Positions 43,049 to 51,031 of a stretch of 64,000 nucleotides of DNA are shown piece by piece. Position numbers and translations under genes: made by a program. How positions within the stretch are numbered: position 1 is the first letter of the stretch; each line of letters begins with the position of its first letter. A model generated the notes under the pieces. That model had not been told where the DNA came from. It worked only from the letters and a program-made list of their open reading frames with translations, and ran no database searches. Origin of the DNA: an uncultured Elusimicrobia bacterium (GTDB lineage Bacteria > Elusimicrobiota > Elusimicrobia > 2-01-FULL-59-12). The stretch is taken from contig OY969767.1 of the NCBI GenBank assembly GCA_963702895.1, forward strand, positions 864,001-928,000, read 5' to 3'.

Positions 43049-43675
43049 CTACTTATTCTTAGAGAGGTTTTGTGATTTGGACTTCGCGAGGGCTGACCAG
43101 GGACTTTGGGGAAACAGAAGAACGATGCGCTCGTAGACAGCGGACGCCGCTGCGGAATCGCCCTGGATTTCGGCGAGCCTGGCCTGGGCGAGATAGAGGG
43201 TGGCGGCAAGGAAATGGTCCGGGTACTTCTCCAGAAAGGTTTGTGCCAGAGCTTGGGCCTGGGGATAGCGCCCCGCCATTTCTTCACTGGCCACCTGAGC
43301 GGACAAGGCGAGGGGCCTCAGGATCTCTGGGTTGCCACTTTGCGCGAGCTCGCCGTAGACTTGAGCAGCCTGCGCATAATCAGAAGTGCGATAGGCCAGG
43401 TCTGCCTTTAAAAACATCGCATACGAGTTGGCGCTGCTTCCTTTAAAGCGTGTCTCCCAGGCGTCTAAACTTTTACGGGCTTCCGCCAGATTGTTTTGGG
43501 AGAGCTGATTTTGGGCAGCGCCAAGCTCCGACCAAGCGGCGTCCCGTTCTTTTTGTTGGCGCTGCACCAGAAGAAAGACCAACAAAACCAGCAGTAGGGA
43601 TGTCCCTGTGATCGCCCAAAACCGTTCTTGGTTTTCACGGATCCAGCGAACAATTCTTTCAATTTGTAATTCCAT
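43049..43675 (-). CDS. Membrane-anchored TPR protein (YfgM-like)
   Basis: WIREN followed by a TM helix and TPR-like helices (FLEKYPDH, FPQSPW). Confidence 0.75.
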   Translation of the reverse strand: MELQIERIVRWIRENQERFWAITGTSLLLVLLVFLLVQRQQKERDAAWSELGAAQNQLSQNNLAEARKSLDAWETRFKGSSANSYAMFLKADLAYRTSDYAQAAQVYGELAQSGNPEILRPLALSAQVASEEMAGRYPQAQALAQTFLEKYPDHFLAATLYLAQARLAEIQGDSAAASAVYERIVLLFPQSPWSALAKSKSQNLSKNK

Positions 43676-43724
43676 CTGAAGTTTTCTTTCTGCTCTCTGC
43701 TCTCTGCTTTCTGATTCGATTAAC

Positions 43725-43811
43725 TTGCCCCCAGCCGGAATCGGTCGCCAGACTACAGGCGACCGCCCGCCGGATGTCTGGCGGGCGAACCTGGTTCGAT
43801 GTCCGGCTGGG
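43725..43811. repeat. tRNA-Arg 3'-end copy with a 44-nt T-loop insert, plus an inverted T-arm copy
   Basis: TTGCCCCCAGCCGGAATC[43743-43786]GAACC then CTGGTTCGATGTCCGGCTGGG. Confidence 0.8.
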
Positions 43812-43832
43812 CTGGTTTCAGCCAATTTCAAT

Positions 43833-43904
43833 TGCCCCCAGCCGGAATCGAACCAGCATCTGCTCCTTAGGACGGAGTAGCACTATCCATTGTGCTATGG
43901 GGGC
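43833..43904 (-). tRNA. tRNA-Arg(CCT)
   Basis: Cloverleaf GCCCCCA...TGGGGGC-A, anticodon loop GTCCTAA, GGTTCGATT; A27-C43 mismatch; CCA not encoded. Confidence 0.88.
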
Positions 43905-43920
43905 GATAGCGCCTTTCGGT

Positions 43921-44445
43921 TTAATATCTCAGGAGCGAGGTGACCTCGTAGCCCCGAAGTTTTTCCCTGCCATGGAGGAATTCCAATTCGATGGCAAACG
44001 AAAGCCCTGCGACTTTCGCTTGAAGTTGCTCCACCAGCAGGCAGGTGGCCCTGGCGGTGCCGCCGGTGGCCAGCACATCATCGATGATCAACACGCGCGA
44101 GGAGCTGGTCAAGGCATCCGCGTGCACTTCCAGGGTGTCGGTGCCGTATTCCAGTTCATACGTATGCGAAAGCGTCTTGTAGGGAAGTTTCCCTTTCTTG
44201 CGGATGGGAATGTAGCCGGCCCCCAGAAGATACGCCACCGGCGCGCCAAAAATAAATCCGCGCGACTCGATGGAAGCCACATGCGTGATGCCTTTGCGCT
44301 GGAAGGGACCTGCCAAACGCTCCAGGGCCGACTTGAAGAGCTCAGCATTTTGTAATAAGGGTGTAATGTCTTTAAAGACGATGCCCGGCTTGGGAAAATC
44401 AGGGACGTCTCGAATCGAAGCGCGAATTTTTTCAATCACCGGCAT
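43921..44445 (-). CDS. apt: Adenine phosphoribosyltransferase
   Basis: PDFPKPGIVFKDIT, ESRGF, IDDVLATGGT. Confidence 0.95.
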   Translation of the reverse strand: MPVIEKIRASIRDVPDFPKPGIVFKDITPLLQNAELFKSALERLAGPFQRKGITHVASIESRGFIFGAPVAYLLGAGYIPIRKKGKLPYKTLSHTYELEYGTDTLEVHADALTSSSRVLIIDDVLATGGTARATCLLVEQLQAKVAGLSFAIELEFLHGREKLRGYEVTSLLRY

Positions 44446-44446
44446 C

Positions 44447-45274
44447 TTAAACAATCCCCATGCGCTGAGCGAGACGTCGCAGCCTTTCGAGCCCCCGCTT
44501 TTCCAGCTGGCGGATCCGTTCGCGCGAAACACGGAGTTTCTTGCCGACTTCTTCCAGCGTTTGGTTTTCGCCGTTTAAGCCAAAGCGCATTTCCAGAATT
44601 TGACGTTCCCGAAGCGGCAACTGTGACAAGGCGACGTCCAGTTCGTCGTGGAGCTTAAAAAGGGAGATCAAGCGGTCGGGCGCATAGAGCTCATCATCCG
44701 AAATGACATCTTTGATCGTGAGATTTTCATCATCATCAAGCGGAGCTTCCAGGCTCCCAATGCCCCGGGCCGCTTCGGCGGCATCGAGAATCCCCTTCAC
44801 CTGGCGTGCCGATAAATGGAGCTTTTGCGCCATCTCCTGAAGCGTGGGATCGCGGCCCAGCTGGCCATGCAATTGGTCCCATTGCCTGAGCCAGCGCCGC
44901 AGGGCTTCCCAGGCATGGGGCGGAATGCGGATGGTTTTGGATTGCTCATCAATGGCCCGGCGAATCGATTGCTCGATCCAATAAGCGCCGTAGGTTGAGA
45001 AACGGAAACCCTTCGTGGGGTCAAATTTATCAATAGCATGCATGAGGCCCAAATTGCCTTCCTCAATAATGTCTAAAAAATCCAAGCCCGGCCGGTAGTA
45101 TTTCTTGGCGATGGGGATCACCAAGCGAAGGTTGCGTTCGACGAGTTCCTTCTTGGCGGCCTTGTCCCCCTTGTGGGCGCGCCGCCAGAGCGTATTAAAC
45201 GACTCACGCGATAATTCGGGAAAATCCTTAATCGCTCGGAAATAAAGCGAGACAGCATCTAAACTTTCGACCAT
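44447..45274 (-). CDS. Sigma70-family factor (RpoD/RpoS-like, lacking region 1.1)
   Basis: NLRLVIPIAKKY, EGNLGL, FSTYGAYWI, TLEEVG...SRERIRQLE. Confidence 0.9.
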   Translation of the reverse strand: MVESLDAVSLYFRAIKDFPELSRESFNTLWRRAHKGDKAAKKELVERNLRLVIPIAKKYYRPGLDFLDIIEEGNLGLMHAIDKFDPTKGFRFSTYGAYWIEQSIRRAIDEQSKTIRIPPHAWEALRRWLRQWDQLHGQLGRDPTLQEMAQKLHLSARQVKGILDAAEAARGIGSLEAPLDDDENLTIKDVISDDELYAPDRLISLFKLHDELDVALSQLPLRERQILEMRFGLNGENQTLEEVGKKLRVSRERIRQLEKRGLERLRRLAQRMGIV

Positions 45275-45324
45275 GAACGCGTCCTTTATCTCTCAAGTCT
45301 TGACATCATTCGTCACGGGCTGGA

Positions 45325-45408
45325 TCGGGGCGGCCGGGATTTGCCCGCCACACTTCTGGCGGGCATCCGCCTGTTTTGTGGCGGATGAACCCGGGACCTC
45401 TTGGTCCC
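45325..45408 (-). repeat. tRNA-Pro(CGG) 3'-half copy with a 44-nt T-loop insert (45343-45386)
   Basis: Matches the tRNA from the anticodon loop to the 3' end apart from the insert and one extra base. Confidence 0.85.
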
Positions 45409-45430
45409 ACCTTCGCAGCTCTGCGCAGAG

Positions 45431-45503
45431 TCGGGGCGCCGGGATTTGAACCCGGGACCTCTTGGTCCCGAACCAAGCGCGCTACCAGCTGCGCTACGCC
45501 CCG
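45431..45503 (-). tRNA. tRNA-Pro(CGG)
   Basis: CGGGGCGTAGCGCAGCTGGTAGCGCGCTTGGTTCGGGACCAAGAGGTCCCGGGTTCAAATCCCGGCGCCCCGA. Confidence 0.95.
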
Positions 45504-45528
45504 ACTCTGCGCAAGCTTTGGTTGGCTA

Positions 45529-45566
45529 TCCCGAACCAAGCGCGCTACCAACTGCGCTACGCCCCG
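45529..45566 (-). repeat. tRNA-Pro(CGG) 5'-half copy
   Basis: 38 nt matching the 5' half through the anticodon, with one substitution. Confidence 0.85.
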
Positions 45567-45642
45567 ATCAAGCCAGCGCCGGGATTTGTCCCGCCTTCCC
45601 CTGGCCAGACGGCCTCCCAAAATCAGGACGGCGAGAATTCTA

Positions 45643-46758
45643 TCATATTGATCGAATCAGTCGGGAGATCTGCCTGGCCACTTCCATCGCGGCGTAGGGG
45701 CGCGCTATGTTTCGAGCATTTTCAGCCATTTTCTTAAGACGTGTCGGATGGTGCAAGAGAGTTTCCGCCACGCGAGCGATCTCCATCGAGTCACTGGCTT
45801 GTTCAGCGACGCCGGCTTTGATGAGAAATCGGGCATTACGCTCTTCTTGTCCGGGGATGGGGTTCACGATGAGAATGGGAAGCCCTTTGGCAAGCGCCTC
45901 CGAAGAGGTGAGGCCCCCGGGCTTGGTCACGAGAAGATCGGCCGCGTCCATCAGCTCGCTGATATGCCGTGTGTAGCCAAACAGACGAATGGACCGGTCC
46001 CGTCCATAACGTTTTTGAAGCGCGCGGTACGTCTCACGGTTGAGACCGGTCGACACAATACATTGCACAGAGGCCGCATGCAAGCGGTCGACCATTTCCT
46101 GGATGGGTCCCAGCCCCTGGCTTCCTCCCATCACCAAGAGCGTAGGGCTTTTCGGGTCCAGCCCGAGCTTCTCGCGGGCCTGCACGCTGGGGGTATGACG
46201 CAAAAAATCAGGACTGATCGGAATGCCCGTCACCGCGATTTGGGTGGCGGGCAGGCCCTGCTGAATGAGGTATCTCCGTTCCTCTTCCGTGGCGACGCAG
46301 TAGAGGTCCACTTCGGGGTGGACCCAATAAGCGTGAAGAGCGAAGTCCGTCATGACGGCAATCAGCGGAATCGCCAAGTGCCCCCGCCTCTTTTCTGCCG
46401 CAAACAGAGAGCAGGGCACCGCTTGCGTGCAAACCAAAGCCTGCGGGTTATGCTTTTTGAGGAGTGAGCGCATCTTGGGAACAGAAATCAAATTCAAGAG
46501 ATCGCGAACCTCTCGGGTCGCTTCTTCGACATCGGGATTGTCGTAAACCAAGTCCCACAGGATGGGGGTGTAACGAAGAATTTCCAGGTAGGTTCGGGAA
46601 ACGATTTTGCCGATGGTGGGGTAGGCATAGGAAAAGGCGTCGATGCCCACGGTTTCCCATGTCGGATTGAGCGTCGCGAGCGCCTCCCGGGCAGCGTCTG
46701 CGGCGCGCTGGTGGCCAGAAGAGCTGGAGATATAAAGGAACAAAACCCGTGTGGTCAT
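45643..46758 (-). CDS. MGDG-synthase-like (GT28) diacylglycerol glycosyltransferase
   Basis: GHQRAA, TDF..H..W, TGIPI, MGGSQG, TKPGGLTSSEA, PGQEERNA. Confidence 0.88.
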   Translation of the reverse strand: MTTRVLFLYISSSSGHQRAADAAREALATLNPTWETVGIDAFSYAYPTIGKIVSRTYLEILRYTPILWDLVYDNPDVEEATREVRDLLNLISVPKMRSLLKKHNPQALVCTQAVPCSLFAAEKRRGHLAIPLIAVMTDFALHAYWVHPEVDLYCVATEEERRYLIQQGLPATQIAVTGIPISPDFLRHTPSVQAREKLGLDPKSPTLLVMGGSQGLGPIQEMVDRLHAASVQCIVSTGLNRETYRALQKRYGRDRSIRLFGYTRHISELMDAADLLVTKPGGLTSSEALAKGLPILIVNPIPGQEERNARFLIKAGVAEQASDSMEIARVAETLLHHPTRLKKMAENARNIARPYAAMEVARQISRLIRSI

Positions 46759-46812
46759 GAGTTTACGCGACAGCGGGACATGGGTACGACGTTCCACATG
46801 GATACTGGGTCA

Positions 46813-46908
46813 TCGGGCCGGCGGGATTTGCCCGCCACACTTCTGGCGGGCATCCGCCTGTTGTCTGGCGGATGAACCCGTATGGTTCTTGGAATCGGGC
46901 CGGCGGGA
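46813..46908 (-). repeat. Two tRNA-Pro(GGG) 3'-end copies, one with a 44-nt T-loop insert (46830-46873)
   Basis: TCGGGCCGGCGGGATTT[insert]GAACCCG at 46813-46880 and AATCGGGCCGGCGGGA at 46893-46908. Confidence 0.85.
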
Positions 46909-46942
46909 CGTGGACGTGAGATCCTGGAGATATGATGCACAA

Positions 46943-47014
46943 TCGGGCCGGCGGGATTTGAACCCGCGACCTCTCCCACCCCAAAGGAGCGCGCTACCCC
47001 TGCGCCACGGCCCG
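46943..47014 (-). tRNA. tRNA-Pro(GGG)
   Basis: CGGGCCGTGGCGCAGGGGTAGCGCGCTCCTTTGGGGTGGGAGAGGTCGCGGGTTCAAATCCCGCCGGCCCGA; familiar IHF/HU-merR-tRNAPro order. Confidence 0.93.
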
Positions 47015-47062
47015 ATTGTGCAACTATAAAAATGTTCTCGCGTTTGCGTTTTGGACCCTTAT

Positions 47063-47488
47063 TCAGGATTTGAGTAGTTTAAGTGCCTCTTCGAGGTCCT
47101 TGCGAACCAATCGGAGGGAGTCGAGCGTTTGAGAGGACGATGGCCCATCGTTTAATTCAAAACGAAGCTGGGTTGTCCCGCGACGGGACGCTTGCTTTAA
47201 ATATTGCTTGGCTCCCGCGATGGTGAAACGCTTGTCGTATAAAAGCTCTTTGATTTTGCCAATCACATCGACGTCTCGTTGTGTAAATTTCCTTTGGCCC
47301 GATTCCCTCCGCGCGGGCCGGAGCACTCCGAACTGGGATTCCCAGTACCGGATGACATAGGGCTTGACCCCCGTGATCTGGCTCACCTCCCGGATCGAAA
47401 AATAGGTTTGTGGCGGCAGATAGGCATCCCCCGCGAGGGGAAGCTCCTGTCTGCTCAAGGGCAGGGTGGTAGGGGTGAGATCACTCAT
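47063..47488 (-). CDS. MerR-family transcriptional regulator
   Basis: YFSIREVS..TGVKPYVIRYWESQF, LLYDKRFTIAGA. Confidence 0.9.
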   Translation of the reverse strand: MSDLTPTTLPLSRQELPLAGDAYLPPQTYFSIREVSQITGVKPYVIRYWESQFGVLRPARRESGQRKFTQRDVDVIGKIKELLYDKRFTIAGAKQYLKQASRRGTTQLRFELNDGPSSSQTLDSLRLVRKDLEEALKLLKS

Positions 47489-47777
47489 GGCTTTGATTGT
47501 AACTCGCCGCAAGCGCCTTCGGGAAGAGGTCTTTCGACATCTTGAACCGTACGGCCCTTCGCGGAGGGATCGGCACCGTTTGCCCGGTTTTGGGATTTCT
47601 GCCAATTTTTGCTTTTCGCATTTTCACATGAAAACTGCCAATCCCCGCCAAGACCACTTTCTCACCGGAGCGCAGGGCATGCTGGATGGCCTCGAGCGAA
47701 GCATCCACGGCGGCTAAGGCCTCTTTTCTCGTGCTCACCACTCTGCCGACGACCCTGACCAGCGATGCCTTGTTCAT
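47481..47777 (-). CDS. HU/IHF-family DNA-binding protein
   Basis: MNKASL, GIGSF, GRNPKTG. Confidence 0.92.
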   Translation of the reverse strand: MNKASLVRVVGRVVSTRKEALAAVDASLEAIQHALRSGEKVVLAGIGSFHVKMRKAKIGRNPKTGQTVPIPPRRAVRFKMSKDLFPKALAASYNQSHE

Positions 47778-48805
47778 AAGTCCCCCTTTTTTAACCCCTG
47801 CCACTCCGATCGTGTTTGGCGATGCATGAGATCAGAGAGAGATCGTTGAGGGTCCTTCCCTTGATAGAGGACCTCATAGATTTCATGTGTCAAAGGACAA
47901 TCTAATTTTAACTTTTGAGCGAGCTTCCACGCAGACGGCGCTGTCTTCATGCCTTCGGCGACCATGGTCATCTCGGAGAGGGCCTCCTGAACGGACTTGC
48001 CCCGCCCTATCTTTTCCCCTAACTGTCGGTTGCGCGAGTGTCGTGACATGCAGGTGACATACAGGTCTCCCATGCCCGCAAGGCCAAAGAACGTCAGGAG
48101 TTTGCCGTGCATTTTGACACCGATGCGCGTCATTTCGTTGAGCCCTCGGGTGAGGATCGCGGCGTGGCTGTTGTCCCCCAGTCCAAGACCATCGGCGATG
48201 CCGCAGACGATGGCGAAGATATTTTTGAGGGCCCCTCCGAGTTCAGCGCCCACGACATCCCGATGCGGATAGACACGCAAGAACTTTTCTTCGAAGAGCC
48301 TTTTCACGCGCCGGACCGCGGAGAGATTCTCTCCCGCGGCGACCACCGCGGTCGGCATCTTCTGGCAGACCTCTTCGGCATGACTGGGACCCGTGAGGAC
48401 GACGATGCTTTTCGCGGAAATGCCCAGTTCGTTCGAGATGACTTCGCTCATGCGCTCGAGCGTCCCTTCTTCCAACCCTTTCGTCACGCTGACGACCCAG
48501 GCCCCTCGAGAGAAAGACTTCGATTGTTGAACGGCGTGCATGGTGGACCGGACGGTGTGCGACGGTGTCGCGGAGACCACCACAGGGCGGCCCTGCAGGG
48601 CGCGAGCAAGGTCGTGGGTGACGAGCACCGCCGCTGGAAGCTCCAGCTGCGGCAGGACTTGCAGGCGCCGGGTTCGCGCGAGCGAATCCGCTGCTCCAGG
48701 ATCAAACTCCCAGAGCGTCACGTCATGGCCCTTGTGCGCCAAGTGCGCGGCGAGCGTTGCCCCCCATGAACCGGCCCCTAAAACAGCGACCCGTTCTTGG
48801 CTCAT
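47774..48805 (-). CDS. gpsA: NAD(P)H-dependent glycerol-3-phosphate dehydrogenase
   Basis: GAGSWG, GPSHAEEV, GGALKN, GLAGMGDL, SRNR. Confidence 0.95.
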   Translation of the reverse strand: MSQERVAVLGAGSWGATLAAHLAHKGHDVTLWEFDPGAADSLARTRRLQVLPQLELPAAVLVTHDLARALQGRPVVVSATPSHTVRSTMHAVQQSKSFSRGAWVVSVTKGLEEGTLERMSEVISNELGISAKSIVVLTGPSHAEEVCQKMPTAVVAAGENLSAVRRVKRLFEEKFLRVYPHRDVVGAELGGALKNIFAIVCGIADGLGLGDNSHAAILTRGLNEMTRIGVKMHGKLLTFFGLAGMGDLYVTCMSRHSRNRQLGEKIGRGKSVQEALSEMTMVAEGMKTAPSAWKLAQKLKLDCPLTHEIYEVLYQGKDPQRSLSDLMHRQTRSEWQGLKKGDL

Positions 48806-49407
48806 CGAGCCCTTCCCCAGTCAATGCGGTTTTCGGTACCCTCAAGGAGCCGTTTGATATTGGCACGATGCGTCCAGATGACAAAAAAGAAAATCCCAAC
48901 CGTTGCCCAGGACAAGGGTCGCGGCGACGAAAGAGCAAAGGCACTCAGGACCAGGACGAGCGCTGCGCACAGGGAACCTAGAGATACGTAGCGGGTGATC
49001 CCGAAGATGATCCCGAAAGAGGAAACCGCCAAGAGCGATGGGACCGGAAGAAGCGCAAGAAAAACTCCCGCTGAAGTGGCCACGCCCTTGCCTCCCCGAA
49101 ACCGGACAAACACCGACATGGTATGCCCCACAATGGCGGCGAGGCCTGCACCGAGGGACGTGATCACCTGAGCGGGGAACAGAACTTTCGCGAGCCCAAC
49201 GGCGGCAAGACCTTTCAGAATATCAATCGCCAAGGTGATGCCGCCCGGCCAGGGTCCCAAGACCCGGAAGACATTGGTGGCACCCAGGTTCCCCGATCCA
49301 TGCTGACGCACATCGATCCCCTTCCAAGCCTTGGCGAGCCAATAGCCCGTCGGGATCGAACCCAAGAGATAGCATCCCACGAAAAGGCCCGCCAGAGAGA
49401 AGCTCAT
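48802..49407 (-). CDS. plsY: Glycerol-3-phosphate acyltransferase
   Basis: YLLGSIP, GSGNLGATN, FRGGKGVAT, HRANIKRL..GTE. Confidence 0.95.
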   Translation of the reverse strand: MSFSLAGLFVGCYLLGSIPTGYWLAKAWKGIDVRQHGSGNLGATNVFRVLGPWPGGITLAIDILKGLAAVGLAKVLFPAQVITSLGAGLAAIVGHTMSVFVRFRGGKGVATSAGVFLALLPVPSLLAVSSFGIIFGITRYVSLGSLCAALVLVLSAFALSSPRPLSWATVGIFFFVIWTHRANIKRLLEGTENRIDWGRAR

Positions 49408-49925
49408 TCCAAAGCACCAAGCCGCTTGTTGCCAATCCATACGTAATCCACAGCGGATAAGAAGGTGGCGGCGATCATGGCGGGCAAGAGGACACTATAG
49501 GCCGGCTCAAGCACGGGAAAGAGTTTCGCGATGGCAACCGCCATTTGCAAGACAGTCGTGATTTTGCCGATCGGCCTGGGCTCAATTTTGGCGTTGCCGG
49601 TCAGGATGTAAACCAGGGTCCAACCCAGAAGAATAATGAGATCGCGGGAGACGACTGCGACCAAGACCCACAGGGGGATCCAGTTCAGGTGGCTGAACAC
49701 GAGATAGCTGGTCACCAGAAGCAGTTTGTCCGCCAGAGGATCCAGGAATGCCCCGAGGGGCGTGCGTTCTTTTCGAAGCCGGGCGAGCGTCCCATCGAGC
49801 GCGTCGCTGAAGACAGATAAGGTGAAAATCCACTGGCCCAAGAGGAGGTGCTGCTCTAAGAGCGCAATCACAAAAAACGGGATCGCAATGATGCGCAGGA
49901 CGGTGATTTTACTGGCGAGTGTCAC
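49404..49925 (-). CDS. CDP-alcohol phosphatidyltransferase (PgsA-like)
   Basis: DALDGTLAR...GAFLDPLADK. Confidence 0.88.
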   Translation of the reverse strand: MTLASKITVLRIIAIPFFVIALLEQHLLLGQWIFTLSVFSDALDGTLARLRKERTPLGAFLDPLADKLLLVTSYLVFSHLNWIPLWVLVAVVSRDLIILLGWTLVYILTGNAKIEPRPIGKITTVLQMAVAIAKLFPVLEPAYSVLLPAMIAATFLSAVDYVWIGNKRLGALE

Positions 49926-51031
49926 GGGGAATCCTCTCCAAAGACTGTTTGTTCAACGCGTTTGAGTAATTCGTCAAGGCCTCGTCTTTGGGATGCTGAG
50001 ACCAAAACGCCTCCCTCCGAAGCCCATGACGCCATTTGGGATGCAGAAAGGCGATCCATCTTATTATATGCCGTCAAAACGGGCAATTGATCCATGTGCA
50101 AGTCCTGAACGATCCGCAGAACGGTATGCGCTTGTTCTTCCCAGTCAGCGGCGGAGACATCGATCACATGCACCAAAAGGTCGGCCGAAGCTGTCTCCTC
50201 CAACGTCGCGCGGAAGGCGGCAATAAGTTCGGTGGGAAGCTTCCGGATAAAGCCGACGGTGTCCGTAAAAAGGACCATCCGCCCCGAGGGGAGCCGGATG
50301 CGTCGCGTGGTCGGGTCCAGCGTCGCAAAAAGCTTGTCGTCCGCATAAACATGAGGTTCTTTCGCTTTGGAAGAGCCGCTGTGTACGGCCACGAGGGCAT
50401 TCAAGAGCGTGGACTTGCCGGCGTTGGTATAACCCATGAGCGCGACTTGTGGGACCGGAACGCTTCGGCGGACCGAACGCTGCTGGTCGCGCTGGCGGCG
50501 GACGCTCTCCAGGTCCTTCTTTAAAGAAGCCATCCGGTCACGCAGTCGCCGGCGATCGACTTCCAGCTTGCGTTCGCCGGGGCCGCGCGTGCCGATGCCG
50601 CCGGTTTGCTGCTCAAAGCGCCCGAAGCGCTGCGTCAAACGCGGCAAGAGATACGTGAGCTGTGCCAGTTCCACCTGCAATTTCCCTTCACGGGTGTGCG
50701 CTCGTTTGGCGAAGATGTCCAGGATCAGCCGCGTGCGGTCCACCACTTTGGTTTGCGTAAGGTCTTCCAAGGCCCGCTGCTGGTTGGGCTTGAGTTCCTC
50801 ATCGAAAATGATGGTGCGAACATGTTGCCGTAGGGCCACGTGCGCGAGTTCCTGCGCCTTCCCTTTACCGATATAAAAAGCGGGGTCGGGGCGCTCGCGT
50901 CTCTGCCTGAGCGTGTGGACCACCATGCCCCCCGCCGTCTCGACGAGTCGAGCGAGTTCCTCCAGGGAAGCCAGGGCCTGGGCAGGCCTGTCCCGTGGAA
51001 GCTGCACGCCAACGGTTATAACGCGTTCCAT
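49922..51031 (-). CDS. hflX: GTPase HflX
   Basis: GGIGTRGPGE, GYTNAGKS, LFATLD, DTVGF, NKMD. Confidence 0.95.
   Translation of the reverse strand: MERVITVGVQLPRDRPAQALASLEELARLVETAGGMVVHTLRQRRERPDPAFYIGKGKAQELAHVALRQHVRTIIFDEELKPNQQRALEDLTQTKVVDRTRLILDIFAKRAHTREGKLQVELAQLTYLLPRLTQRFGRFEQQTGGIGTRGPGERKLEVDRRRLRDRMASLKKDLESVRRQRDQQRSVRRSVPVPQVALMGYTNAGKSTLLNALVAVHSGSSKAKEPHVYADDKLFATLDPTTRRIRLPSGRMVLFTDTVGFIRKLPTELIAAFRATLEETASADLLVHVIDVSAADWEEQAHTVLRIVQDLHMDQLPVLTAYNKMDRLSASQMASWASEGGVLVSASQRRGLDELLKRVEQTVFGEDSP

Noticed and set aside
45306..45737. ORFs spanning the tRNA-Pro loci (also 46751-47029)
   Set aside because: These are translations of tRNA and repeat sequence.
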